Below the pieces are notes generated by a model, which was not told the origin of the DNA, made no database searches, and saw nothing but the letters and a program-made list of their open reading frames with translations. A stretch of 64,000 bases of DNA from a virus (lineage: Duplodnaviria > Caudoviricetes). The DNA lies in the IMG/VR virus record IMGVR_UViG_2724679557_000005, positions 1-64,000 of that record, one strand, 5' to 3'. Position 1 is the stretch's first letter, and each line of letters opens with the position of its first letter. Position numbers and translations under genes: made by a program. This document shows, one piece after another, positions 52,486 through 62,423 of this stretch.

Positions 52486-53460
52486 TTATAATATTCTGCT
52501 AATATCTATTTTATCCATCTTTTTATATTCTTTAGCTTCTTTAGTTCCCTTTATAGATAATTCTTTCATTATATCAGAAATTTTGCCCATTTTCTCTGAA
52601 TTTAATCTTATTCTAATTGCTGTACCTTTAAATGATGTTTCATATTTTATAGTTTCCTTATCATTTATTAATAAACAATTATTCCCAGTACATATAGCAA
52701 TATCCCCACCTGTTTCACAAAAATTGCTAATCATATATAATCCAAAACCACCATTATCGTACTGATCTTTTATAGTTTTTCCAATTCCACTCTTGCTAAT
52801 TCCAGGTTGCATTGCTAATTTAATTGCATCTTCATCACTATTTATAGTTAGTTTTTTATTTCTTTTAAAACTTTCTTTCATTCCAATTCCTTCATCTAAA
52901 ACAGCAACTTCTACAATGCCTTTGCTTGGCCAAAATTGTCCTGCATACCAAAAGCTTTCTGATTCACTATGTTCTAATACATTTCTAATTAATTCACTAG
53001 TACTATATTTTAAATATTTTTTTAAATTTGAATCATTTCTAGCTAATATGTTAGCTATGTCTTCTGAAGTTTTATCTATATATGTATATATGTCTTTATT
53101 ATCTTTTCTAATGTCATTAAAATTCAATTCTGTAAGAGGTATATATGTACTACTTCCCTGTGCTTCACCTGGGTTTTTTCCATAATCCTGATATACACTT
53201 TTAAAAAATCCCATATGAGCTATATATCCAGTAACATTTTTTTGATTTTTAAAATTTTTATCTTTATGTTCACATTCTGGCGGTGTGTCATCTACAAATC
53301 TTCTTATTTTAGAAGACATCAATAATAATCCAAAAGGTTCTGCTCTATTTATCTCCTCATAATCATAGATATAACTATCATCATTATGTATAGTATCCAT
53401 AAAATTGCAAAAATTCAATGTACTTTGTAAATCTAGTGTCTTAGGTATTTTAATTTTCAT
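52486..53460 (-). CDS. STAS-like + HATPase protein, paralogue of 51684-52445
   Basis: ELIRNVLEHS, DEGIG, NGGFGLY, GT; N-terminal EPFGLL..YIAHMGFF. Confidence 0.75.
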   Translation of the reverse strand: MKIKIPKTLDLQSTLNFCNFMDTIHNDDSYIYDYEEINRAEPFGLLLMSSKIRRFVDDTPPECEHKDKNFKNQKNVTGYIAHMGFFKSVYQDYGKNPGEAQGSSTYIPLTELNFNDIRKDNKDIYTYIDKTSEDIANILARNDSNLKKYLKYSTSELIRNVLEHSESESFWYAGQFWPSKGIVEVAVLDEGIGMKESFKRNKKLTINSDEDAIKLAMQPGISKSGIGKTIKDQYDNGGFGLYMISNFCETGGDIAICTGNNCLLINDKETIKYETSFKGTAIRIRLNSEKMGKISDIMKELSIKGTKEAKEYKKMDKIDISRIL

Positions 53461-53482
53461 CTAGTTTCCTCCATTACTAATG

Positions 53483-53585
53483 TTGTATGCGTTTATAAAA
53501 TTATGCTATAATAGAGGTATATTTAACAAATCCTATTACAGCCAAGAACTCATGATGTATTTAGAGTACTTTCATGGGTTTTTGT
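53483..53585 (+). ncRNA. Putative countertranscript antisense to the HATPase-pair leader
   Basis: TTGTAT-18-TATAAT with TG extension; terminator CAAGAACTCATGA...TCATGGGTTTTTG. Confidence 0.55.
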
Positions 53586-53739
53586 TTATATTTACATAAT
53601 ACTATATTTTGTCCATTTTTTCCATAAATAAAAAATAGCTGGTAACTAAGAAAAAACTCTCTTAGTTACCAGCTATCTTGTTTTCTAACTTTATGTGTAA
53701 TTCAGTCAGATATTATTATACTATATTTTTATCTAAGTG

Positions 53740-55668
53740 TTATACATTTCCTAAATAATCTCCATCAATAAATAAATTAGATTCACTAATTCTTCTTCTA
53801 TCTAATCCATCTGAATATTCTTTATTTGCTTTATTCCACATTCTAAAGTATTCTTTTATTTTTGATGAATCTCTTCCACGACTACAAATATAATTATATA
53901 ATGTAGATCTAAACAATGATTGTATTCCACAGTTATACGCAAAACTTATTAATGCATCAAATTGGTTACTATTTAAAGATACACCTTTATTATCTAAGTC
54001 ATTCTTTAATTTATTTGCACAATTATTAGCTTCTTGTTTCAACCATTTTAATGCCTGTTCTTTTGTACAAGTAGATTCTAAACCATCTGGAAATGCTTCT
54101 GGAATCGAACAATAACAAGTACCATGTCCTATTGTCCAATAATCTTTAATACTTTCACCATAATAAGGATCAGCATAAGCTTTTTCATAAAATCCTTCCC
54201 AAATTCCAATAAATCTAGCACATTTTTCGCTTACTAAGTTTTCTTCTATTAAGTGACCATTTTTATCAAAAGAATATTGCTTTGCATTAATTGTTGCAGC
54301 ACAATCCATATAACATTTACCCATATGACCATTACTTTGTTCTTCTAGGTAATACCATGTTCCATTATCATTTAACCAACCAGTTTTCATTGCTCCACTT
54401 GGATCTAAATAAAACCATTCTTCATTAATTTTAATCCAACCTGTCTGCATTATACAATTTTCATTAAAGTAATAATATTTACCGTGTATAAATACCCACC
54501 CAGTATATGCATATCCATTATCTATATCTAAATAGAACCATTCTCCCTTCTCATTTTGATACCATTCAGTTATCATTTTCCCATCTTGTGCAAACCTATA
54601 CCATTTGTTATTCCAGTATAACCAATCATTTTTTAACATTTTACAAGAACCTGATTGTAGAAAGTACCAATGTCCATTATCTTTAATCCAATCTCCATTA
54701 ATAGTAAATGAATTTTTAAAATAGTACCATTCATCTTTAATTTCTTTCCATCCGTTTTCTATTAAATGTTCACCATCTTCGGAATAGAGCCACTTATCAA
54801 TTATTTTATCTTTATTCCAACCTATTTTATATTTAGTTATAATAACTTTTTTAGGTATATCAGTAAATCCCCATACTTCATCAATCATTTTTGTGTCTTC
54901 TATATTTACATAGCAATAACCATTCAAACACCAATATTTTCCCCAACTATTTTGTATTTTTAAATATAATTTATTATCTTTATATTTATAACCTACAATA
55001 ACCATCGCATGACGACCACATTTTTTACCTTCACTTGGATATTCTACAATTCCATCTGTACCTGGATGATTTACTTTATAAAAACTATCATATAATACCG
55101 TTGTTATAACTAAAGGTTTCTTTTCATTGTATAAATATATCGGAACATCTTCTAAATCAACTCTCACATATGATTGACATTTTAAACTTTTTGCTTTTTC
55201 TATTAATTCATTTTTGTTATTTAAAGAATCAAATAACTCACTTATCTTTGGATAATCCTCTAAATTAGGAAAATCTATTTTAGGAATTATTCCACTCTCA
55301 CAAGCTAATTTCATAATTTCTCTTGTTACTGCACCTTTTCCTAATTGGCAACCATATTCATCTCTCATAGCATTTAAAAATCCTTCTGATAAATATTCAT
55401 TTGTATTTTTTATTATTTCTATAAGAGCTGTTACTGATTGAAATGCACAAGTAGAAGTATTAGCTTGATTTCTAGGTTCAAATTGATAATTTATTTCAAA
55501 TTCATTCGGTAAATCCTTATCATTATTGCTGCAAAAATCCTTGTAATTATAATCTCTCAAATCTATAGGACTTTCTATAACCCCATCTAAAGGTATTTCT
55601 TCATAATTTAATCTATTCACAAAATCTCTCCTTTTATAATCTCCATTTAAATCATAAAAAGGTAGCAT
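53740..55668 (-). CDS. Endolysin: C1 papain-like peptidase + cell-wall-binding repeats + GH24 lysozyme
   Basis: NQ..TSTC, HAMVIVGY, QNSWG..W..NGY; WYY repeats; WEG..YAD..WTIGHG, FDALISFAYNCG. Confidence 0.85.
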   Translation of the reverse strand: MLPFYDLNGDYKRRDFVNRLNYEEIPLDGVIESPIDLRDYNYKDFCSNNDKDLPNEFEINYQFEPRNQANTSTCAFQSVTALIEIIKNTNEYLSEGFLNAMRDEYGCQLGKGAVTREIMKLACESGIIPKIDFPNLEDYPKISELFDSLNNKNELIEKAKSLKCQSYVRVDLEDVPIYLYNEKKPLVITTVLYDSFYKVNHPGTDGIVEYPSEGKKCGRHAMVIVGYKYKDNKLYLKIQNSWGKYWCLNGYCYVNIEDTKMIDEVWGFTDIPKKVIITKYKIGWNKDKIIDKWLYSEDGEHLIENGWKEIKDEWYYFKNSFTINGDWIKDNGHWYFLQSGSCKMLKNDWLYWNNKWYRFAQDGKMITEWYQNEKGEWFYLDIDNGYAYTGWVFIHGKYYYFNENCIMQTGWIKINEEWFYLDPSGAMKTGWLNDNGTWYYLEEQSNGHMGKCYMDCAATINAKQYSFDKNGHLIEENLVSEKCARFIGIWEGFYEKAYADPYYGESIKDYWTIGHGTCYCSIPEAFPDGLESTCTKEQALKWLKQEANNCANKLKNDLDNKGVSLNSNQFDALISFAYNCGIQSLFRSTLYNYICSRGRDSSKIKEYFRMWNKANKEYSDGLDRRRISESNLFIDGDYLGNV

Positions 55669-55684
55669 TTATTGCTACCTAAAA

Positions 55685-55975
55685 CTATTCTTGCTTATTT
55701 AATTGTTTAGCCGTTTGGTTAATACCAACAGCTACTCCCCAGCATAACACACCTTGTAATGTACCATTCACAATAACATCTAATGTAACTCTATATTCTG
55801 TGTTAATTATACTTAATAATATTGCAAAAGTAATACCAAATAGCATTAATATACTTGTTATATATTTATCTTGTATACTCTCTAACTTTTTAAGAAATAT
55901 TCCAACTACATATATGCCAGCAATAACTATAAATAAACTTTCAGGTATAAACTGTACTAAATTTGTATATTCCAT
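55685..55975 (-). CDS. Phage holin
   Basis: Three hydrophobic segments, QGVL..GVAVG.NQ..KQ; precedes endolysin. Confidence 0.8.
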   Translation of the reverse strand: MEYTNLVQFIPESLFIVIAGIYVVGIFLKKLESIQDKYITSILMLFGITFAILLSIINTEYRVTLDVIVNGTLQGVLCWGVAVGINQTAKQLNKQE

Positions 55976-55976
55976 T

Positions 55977-56201
55977 TTACATTCCTCCTATTTTAGTTAA
56001 ACTAAATAATATTCCTAATATTCCAGTAAGTAGTCCACCTATTGCGGTTCTACTTATCCATTTAATTGTATCTTCTAAATCCTGTATCCTATGATTTGCC
56101 ACTTTAATTTTTTCATCCCAATTTTCAGAGTTTTTCTCTAAAAGGGTTTCTATTCTTACTAACCTTTCTTTAATTTCTAGTACAGTATCCGTTTCATTCA
56201 T
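55977..56201 (-). CDS. XhlA/haemolysin-like lysis protein
   Basis: ERLVRIET...ANHRI.DLE...KW + C-terminal TM. Confidence 0.75.
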   Translation of the reverse strand: MNETDTVLEIKERLVRIETLLEKNSENWDEKIKVANHRIQDLEDTIKWISRTAIGGLLTGILGILFSLTKIGGM

Positions 56202-56497
56202 CTGTCTACCTTCTTTCTTTAGCAACTAAAAAAGAGACTAGAATTAACTAATCTCTTAAAAATTCATATGCTGCTTGTATTCATATTTTATATTTTCAAT
56301 TGAATTTTGAGCATATATTTGTGTTCAAATCGGACACAAATATAAAATAATAATGCATAAATAAAAAAAGACTTATAAAAAGTCTTTTTTTATTATCTTA
56401 ATATTTATTTTTGTTTTCAAATCCTATGATCCTATTGCAAATTAAATTTCTGCAATAAAAAATAGATGCTATTTATATAACATCTATTATTATAGTA

Positions 56498-56767
56498 TTA
56501 ATCTTTATTATCTGGTGTGATTTCTTGTATATATTCATCATATAAATCATTTATATGATTAGTTAAACTTTTATAATCAACAATACTTCTTTTTGTCAAT
56601 TCAGTTTTTAACTGTAAATTTATTTTACCAATTATATAATCATCTATATTGGTTCCATATTGACATTCTGAAAGTGCTTCGTCATATTCTTTTATGTCTA
56701 ATTCAATTGTAGTCATATGTTTTATTTTATTTTTTTTATATTCAATAGTAAAGTCTCTTTTCCACAT
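56498..56767 (-). CDS. Moron hypothetical protein with own sigA promoter and terminator
   Basis: TTGACA-17-TATACT upstream; AGGGGTG RBS before MWKRDF. Confidence 0.6.
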   Translation of the reverse strand: MWKRDFTIEYKKNKIKHMTTIELDIKEYDEALSECQYGTNIDDYIIGKINLQLKTELTKRSIVDYKSLTNHINDLYDEYIQEITPDNKD

Positions 56768-56890
56768 TAATACAACACCCCTAAAATAGAATATTATAAG
56801 TATATTACCTATAAGTATCATTGTCAATTGATTGGTAATATAAAATAGGTACTATATAAACATCGTCTATTTTTTAAGCTTTATTATTTT

Positions 56891-57175
56891 TTATTTCATT
56901 CCATAGTAAGGTTGCATGATATACTCTCTTAAATCTATATCAAAATTATTTAAAAATTTAAAGTCACTTTCTTTTACCATAATTTTCTTAAAACCTTCAT
57001 TTTCTATACTATTTCCGTAATGATATTGACCAAAAGTCTTTACTGTTTTACTTATAGTTGGCTGAGGAATACATAATTTTTTAGAAATACTAACTTCATT
57101 CATTTTAATCTGATTATTTATTCCTCTATACATATCATATATTTTATTAGCTTTTTTAAATTCTCCATAATACAC
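56891..57175 (-). CDS. Moron protein with possible HTH
   Basis: AGGAGG RBS; ISKKLCIPQPTISK. Confidence 0.55.
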   Translation of the reverse strand: MYYGEFKKANKIYDMYRGINNQIKMNEVSISKKLCIPQPTISKTVKTFGQYHYGNSIENEGFKKIMVKESDFKFLNNFDIDLREYIMQPYYGMK

Positions 57176-57291
57176 CTCCTATATATTAGTATACAATTAA
57201 ACTTTATATCTTATCAAATTAGTTCTATACGTTTTAAAAATTAATTGCTTTTTGTGAAACATAATATCAGATTATTATCCTTCATATTCAT

Positions 57292-57438
57292 TTAAGGTCT
57301 TACTTCTGTATATTCTACTTTAGTTATTTCAGTATATTGTTCTGTTGTTATTTTCTTATAACTTACAAAATCCCAAACGTCTGTATTATTGTAACATCCC
57401 CAACAAAAATATCTTTGTACTTTTTCAAACCAATTCAT
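57292..57438 (-). CDS. XkdX family protein (48 aa, not in ORF track)
   Basis: First 45 aa identical to 1783-1935. Confidence 0.85.
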   Translation of the reverse strand: MNWFEKVQRYFCWGCYNNTDVWDFVSYKKITTEQYTEITKVEYTEVRP

Positions 57439-57752
57439 TATACATTACCTCCTAAAGCTATTTGTTTTGTTAAATCTGCTAAATCTTTTTGTAATTGCTC
57501 TATAGCTAAATCTTTCTTAGCCATTTCTTTTGTATTTTGCGCAAGTTCTTCTTGTAGTAATTCAATTTGGCTTTTTGGTATATCTTCTAAAATAATATTG
57601 TGTGGAATTGCAGACGTATCTATCTTTTTAAATCTTTTTCCTTCAGGGATCTCTATTTCTAAAAATTGTACTTCATTTTTGGGAATAGGATATCCCTCAC
57701 TCATTTGTGAATATATTTTTCCTTCATTATCATAAATTATCAATGTTTTCAT
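57438..57752 (-). CDS. Tail fibre assembly/chaperone-like protein
   Basis: MKTLIIYD; C-terminal half nearly identical to 1475-1783. Confidence 0.75.
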   Translation of the reverse strand: MKTLIIYDNEGKIYSQMSEGYPIPKNEVQFLEIEIPEGKRFKKIDTSAIPHNIILEDIPKSQIELLQEELAQNTKEMAKKDLAIEQLQKDLADLTKQIALGGNV

Positions 57753-57768
57753 ATTAATTCCTCCTTTT

Positions 57769-58602
57769 TTAGTCCCCAACGACAAGCCATTGAAGTGTAT
57801 AATTGCCATTATATTCTTTTGGAAAATAAAATGGCATTACAGCTCTATTATATTCCACATAATTTGATGAACTAGGCACAATAACGCTACCTGTAATAGT
57901 TCCTCCTGAATAAGATCCATTTCTATTAAAAATAAAATAGTTATTATAAAAAATAGACATAGATAACGCTATATTACTATTTGATTCAAAATTTGATATT
58001 AAAACTGAAAAAATATGAGTAGGTATAAAATTAAATCCTGTTATTGTGATATCTGTTCTCCAATAATGATTACCTTCTGAAAAAACAACTGGTGTACTAC
58101 CAACAACACATTTTTTCCCACCCATTCCAGCTATACTTATATTTCCTATTTTAGAAACTAAACTAGCTAAAGCTTCATTTCCACTAGCATCAACATTTTT
58201 AGATTTTAATGTAGATGCAGCATTATTTTTAATTCCTTGTATACTATTTACAGCTTCGTCTTTATTTTGTGTACCTGTTACAGGATTGCCGACAACTCCT
58301 GCTATTCCTTTTTTGTAGTTATCGGCTCCTGTAAAAGCCTCGTTCGCTCTATCCATTACTAATTTTACAGCTAATGGGGTAGCTGCTTCTGTTTGACTTA
58401 TACTATTAGTAGCATTATTTAATTTAACTATTCCTTTAGTTGTTGTAGTTCCATCTGCAATTTTAATATTATCTACTTTGTTCGCAATATCTTTCATTTG
58501 TTCAGCAACTGTAGTAGATCCATTCTTAACTACGGATGCATTAGTATGAGGATAATAGATATTCCCATCACTATCTTGAATTTCTATATTTTTTATTGAC
58601 AC
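57769..58602 (-). CDS. Phage tail fibre protein
   Basis: TTKGIVKL.NATNS.S...AATP.AVK; homologous to 632-1456 from MK.IANKVD to GMGGK. Confidence 0.85.
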   Translation of the reverse strand: MSIKNIEIQDSDGNIYYPHTNASVVKNGSTTVAEQMKDIANKVDNIKIADGTTTTKGIVKLNNATNSISQTEAATPLAVKLVMDRANEAFTGADNYKKGIAGVVGNPVTGTQNKDEAVNSIQGIKNNAASTLKSKNVDASGNEALASLVSKIGNISIAGMGGKKCVVGSTPVVFSEGNHYWRTDITITGFNFIPTHIFSVLISNFESNSNIALSMSIFYNNYFIFNRNGSYSGGTITGSVIVPSSSNYVEYNRAVMPFYFPKEYNGNYTLQWLVVGD

Positions 58603-58615
58603 TTATATCCACCTC

Positions 58616-59212
58616 CTAAACAGTTTTAAAAAATAATTTTACTTGTGTACTATTGGCATAAGTTGCACCAACTCTAACATTTTCACCACTATCCCCTTTA
58701 TCACCTTTGGGTCCTTGTGCTCCTTGAGGTCCTCTATCTCCCGTGGCTCCCTTAGCTCCAGCATCACCCTTTGGTCCTTGTGCTCCAGTTGCCCCTCTTT
58801 CACCTGTTGTTCCTTTACTAGAAATAAGTTCCCATTTTGATGTATCTGTAACTACAGCATTAGTGTTAGATGCTTTACAAGCATACGTATTTCCTCCAGA
58901 AGTAACTAAGTCTACATAGCTTCCATCATTAACATATGCTGTACTTGAACTCCAAGCTCCTTTAAGTCTCATAGATACGCCTTTAGCACCTTGCGGACCA
59001 GTTGCACCTTTATCCCCAGTATTTCCTTTATCTCCCTTAGGACCTTGTATACCTTGGTCACCCTTGTCACCTTTTAAACTTCCATTATTTAATTTTTGTT
59101 GGAATGTTTGGCCATCCGAAAATGTAACGCAATCTGCTGATGTTAATACATCTACTTCCTTTACTACTGCTCCTGTTTTTTCATCTAGTAACTGCACTCT
59201 TACTTTTTCCAC
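58616..59212 (-). CDS. Collagen-like (Gly-X-Y) tail fibre protein
   Basis: Two GXY tracts around a W....AY...D.V...G.TY beta module. Confidence 0.8.
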   Translation of the reverse strand: MEKVRVQLLDEKTGAVVKEVDVLTSADCVTFSDGQTFQQKLNNGSLKGDKGDQGIQGPKGDKGNTGDKGATGPQGAKGVSMRLKGAWSSSTAYVNDGSYVDLVTSGGNTYACKASNTNAVVTDTSKWELISSKGTTGERGATGAQGPKGDAGAKGATGDRGPQGAQGPKGDKGDSGENVRVGATYANSTQVKLFFKTV

Positions 59213-59226
59213 TTTTATCTCCCTTT

Positions 59227-59883
59227 CTATTCATTAATTATTTTAATTCCCATTTGAGGACTCACCTTCATATTATTACTTATACCCGTATTTACTACAT
59301 CTGTTATCTTAAAATATAAAGTTTTATTATCTCTCTCATTTATATCTGGTAGTGTTTCGCTAATAACTAAATTAATCTTATCTTTTATTTGTTTATTAAG
59401 CTCATTAACTCTCAAACTTACTTCTTCAATTTCTTTTTTCTTAGCAAAAATAATAGTTGGATCTATTTTTAGATTGATGCTAGATGTATTAGATACAGCT
59501 AACACCATTTTTATGTTTATTTCTTTAGTGCTACCATCAGAAGCTGTGGGTTTATAAGTTTCAGCACATTTGGCTATAGCTAACATATTATTATCTTTAT
59601 CAAAAACACCATATTCTCTAATCATAAAGCCACCATCAGTAGGCGGTATTAGTACCTCTATATTAATCCAGTTTGGATTATCATCATCTACTGATACATG
59701 TCCTATATTGCATTCCCAAACAGTATTTATTAAGTCCAGCTGAGTTTCAATCGGATTATAATACTTTCCCCCTCCATCCCCTACTTTCATTTTCACAAAA
59801 TCAATTTTTGTTCCTAGACCTAAACTATTCGCTATTTTAGCTTTTCCAATGCTTGTTAATATTGAATAAAATTTTTCATCCAT
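59227..59883 (-). CDS. Tail-collar fibre protein (P2 gpH N-terminal-like)
   Basis: LT..GKAKIA, VGDGGG, GGF.IRE.G.FD, YKP. Confidence 0.85.
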   Translation of the reverse strand: MDEKFYSILTSIGKAKIANSLGLGTKIDFVKMKVGDGGGKYYNPIETQLDLINTVWECNIGHVSVDDDNPNWINIEVLIPPTDGGFMIREYGVFDKDNNMLAIAKCAETYKPTASDGSTKEINIKMVLAVSNTSSINLKIDPTIIFAKKKEIEEVSLRVNELNKQIKDKINLVISETLPDINERDNKTLYFKITDVVNTGISNNMKVSPQMGIKIINE

Positions 59884-60542
59884 TAAATCTCCTCCTTGGG
59901 ATACGTTACTATATTTTCATTTCCTGCACTCTGTGCTATAGGAATTATTACATTTGTTTTATTACTAATATCATGTGGCACCCAGGGATAAACCACTATA
60001 TCCTCTCCTGTAATGCCTATAGCACCAATGTATAAATCCCCTTTTGTTGTAAAAAATATATTTATTAGTTCTATCCATGAACGTGTATTTTTATATGCAT
60101 TAATTAAAGTATCAAGTTTCTTTAAATCTTCTGGTGATGCACCTCTTTCCGTAATATCTATATCTAAACTAAAAAAGAATGGTTTGCCATCATATTCAAA
60201 CCATTCTTTTAATTTAGTTTTACCGAAAACAGTGCTAGCTGAATCTATTACAGATTGTGGAGTTCCTTTAATCTTATGAAGTAGTATTGATTTTTTAACT
60301 AATTCTCTTTTTTGATCTAATGATAATGTATAGTCATAAAAATCTACATGAAATTGCCAGGCTAACGAATCAATAGCTTCTTCATTAAGTTCATCAATTC
60401 TTCCATAAATATAAACAAGCCTTACACTATCACTTAATTTTTGAAAATATGGATTAAGTGCTTTACATAAAGCTTGTACAAATATATCTTTCTGTAGATA
60501 TGAAGTCTGCAAACTTAATAAATCAATTTTACTAAGATTCAT
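59883..60542 (-). CDS. Phage tail protein I (P2 gpI-like)
   Basis: LAWQFHVD, H..KGT, EWFEY.G.P..F, YKN.RS. Confidence 0.85.
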   Translation of the reverse strand: MNLSKIDLLSLQTSYLQKDIFVQALCKALNPYFQKLSDSVRLVYIYGRIDELNEEAIDSLAWQFHVDFYDYTLSLDQKRELVKKSILLHKIKGTPQSVIDSASTVFGKTKLKEWFEYDGKPFFFSLDIDITERGASPEDLKKLDTLINAYKNTRSWIELINIFFTTKGDLYIGAIGITGEDIVVYPWVPHDISNKTNVIIPIAQSAGNENIVTYPKEEI

Positions 60543-61693
60543 TATTCCATTCCTCCATAATTAATATTTATATTTTTAACTTTAGCTAACTGTTCTTCTG
60601 TTAATTCTGAATATTTAGGAGATGTTATTAAAATTCTTCTTACTCCTGATATTCTCTTATTTTCAACTTCATAACTTGCAGCATCTTGAATTTTATATCT
60701 TAATTCATCTGGATTAATAGATTTACCAATAAAATCTTGTTGCCATAAAATAAAATCTCTTATAGCTCCATCTTTAAAATCAAGATTATTTCCTTCTATG
60801 GATTTTCTCCATTTTCTTTCATATGTAGATAAATTTTTATCTACATAATAAGTTAAATCAATATCATAATTAATTACTTCTGGAACTCCTGTTATAACAT
60901 TATCTGTTAGTGGTCTAACATCTCTAGCAGAACATTTATTTAATATTTTATCTAATATATCTTTACTTGGAATTTCACCATTGTCTACAGTAGCTAATAT
61001 TTTAACAGTCCCTGGACTAGGAGATGTAACTTTTATTGATGAAATAGAATTGTCTGAAGAATATGCTAAATATTCATATGCTCCTGTTGGTCCTGCTGTG
61101 CTTTCACTTTCTAATTCAAGTCGTGCTCTTTCCCTAAAAGATGCATTATCCTCTATGTCTGAACCAGAATTTGATATTTCTATATTATAAATTTCAGATA
61201 CATATGGGATTGGATCAACCAATCTATTAATACTTCCAACTTTATATCCGTTATACTTATCACCTGTTGAAGCTGCTATCAGTTTTAAGTATGACTGCAT
61301 TTCACCAGCTTTAATAATTGCATCTTCTTTTACTTTAAACATTGCAATTCCGTCTGGTGTAACCTTAGTTCCACTTGGAATAATTATATCTTGTAACTGT
61401 AATTGTGATAACTTAACTATTCCATTACAAACAGATTCGGTTGGTTTTAATCTTTCAGTATTATGATATTCTTTTGCAATAGTATCTAGTTTTTCATCTC
61501 TAGCAAATTCAAGTAAATTTTGATTGGCAGTATCATTAATATCATTATTTATAGCAACAATAATAGGCATAAGTGATCTTATAAATAGTGTTCTTTCATC
61601 ACCTTCAGCCAAAGTTTCGCCAAGCTCTGTTTCAATTATAGATAATACATTATTAAAAATTTCATCAGGATTAGTTTTAACAAAATCAATCAA
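60542..61693 (-). CDS. Baseplate J-like protein
   Basis: STAGP.GAYEY, VRPLTD. Confidence 0.9.
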   Translation of the reverse strand: MIDFVKTNPDEIFNNVLSIIETELGETLAEGDERTLFIRSLMPIIVAINNDINDTANQNLLEFARDEKLDTIAKEYHNTERLKPTESVCNGIVKLSQLQLQDIIIPSGTKVTPDGIAMFKVKEDAIIKAGEMQSYLKLIAASTGDKYNGYKVGSINRLVDPIPYVSEIYNIEISNSGSDIEDNASFRERARLELESESTAGPTGAYEYLAYSSDNSISSIKVTSPSPGTVKILATVDNGEIPSKDILDKILNKCSARDVRPLTDNVITGVPEVINYDIDLTYYVDKNLSTYERKWRKSIEGNNLDFKDGAIRDFILWQQDFIGKSINPDELRYKIQDAASYEVENKRISGVRRILITSPKYSELTEEQLAKVKNININYGGME

Positions 61694-61982
61694 TTGTCAC
61701 CACCACCTTTATAAATGGATTAACTTCATCAGTCACAGTAACTTTCTTTACTGTGACTCTAGGTTCATATTTTTGTATTAAATCGTAAGTTTCTTCAATT
61801 AATTTATATCTACTTCTTGCAATTGTTAAATCTATATTTTCTAAATCTCTGCCCATATTTCTAGCATAAGGAACCTCATTTTTTATTAGATTTAATATGT
61901 TATTTACATTTTGTAATATTTTTTTGTTTCCTTTAGCATTCCAATTAATTAATTGTTCATCAGAACATATTGTATAATTCAT
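61686..61982 (-). CDS. Baseplate wedge gpW/gp25-like protein
   Basis: EVPY.R..G, YEPRV. Confidence 0.8.
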   Translation of the reverse strand: MNYTICSDEQLINWNAKGNKKILQNVNNILNLIKNEVPYARNMGRDLENIDLTIARSRYKLIEETYDLIQKYEPRVTVKKVTVTDEVNPFIKVVVTID

Positions 61983-61997
61983 ATTTTTTCACCCTTA

Positions 61998-62423
61998 TTA
62001 ACTAGTAGTATTTTCTTTTTTTACTCCAGCTCGTGGATACTCTTTAAATGTTAATGTTAATGTTAACTTTATTAATTTACCATTAGGATAATATACATAA
62101 TTAGATGGTGATACTCCTATCAATAAAAATTTATTATTAGATACAGGGTCATTTCCTAAAAATAACATATGAGGTATTTTAGAATACATTATATCTTTCC
62201 ATTCCTTAAATTCAGTATCACAATCTATTGTGTTAGACTGATTTAATATTAAATCAAAACTTGGATTTTCATTATTTATTCCTTTAATATATATAGAAGG
62301 CTTATCTCCATCAACCTCCTGTTCCTCTATATTTAACCCTAAATCATTTGAAACATTGCTAAATGTATATATTTTATCTTGACTAACTTCAAATATCTTA
62401 TCTCCAAAGCCACCTAATGACAT
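61998..62423 (-). CDS. P2 gpU-like tail protein
   Basis: G.FG...FEVS; L.FKEY. Confidence 0.7.
   Translation of the reverse strand: MSLGGFGDKIFEVSQDKIYTFSNVSNDLGLNIEEQEVDGDKPSIYIKGINNENPSFDLILNQSNTIDCDTEFKEWKDIMYSKIPHMLFLGNDPVSNNKFLLIGVSPSNYVYYPNGKLIKLTLTLTFKEYPRAGVKKENTTS

Noticed and set aside
58690-59075. GC-rich repetitive DNA
   Set aside because: Explained by Gly-X-Y collagen codons.
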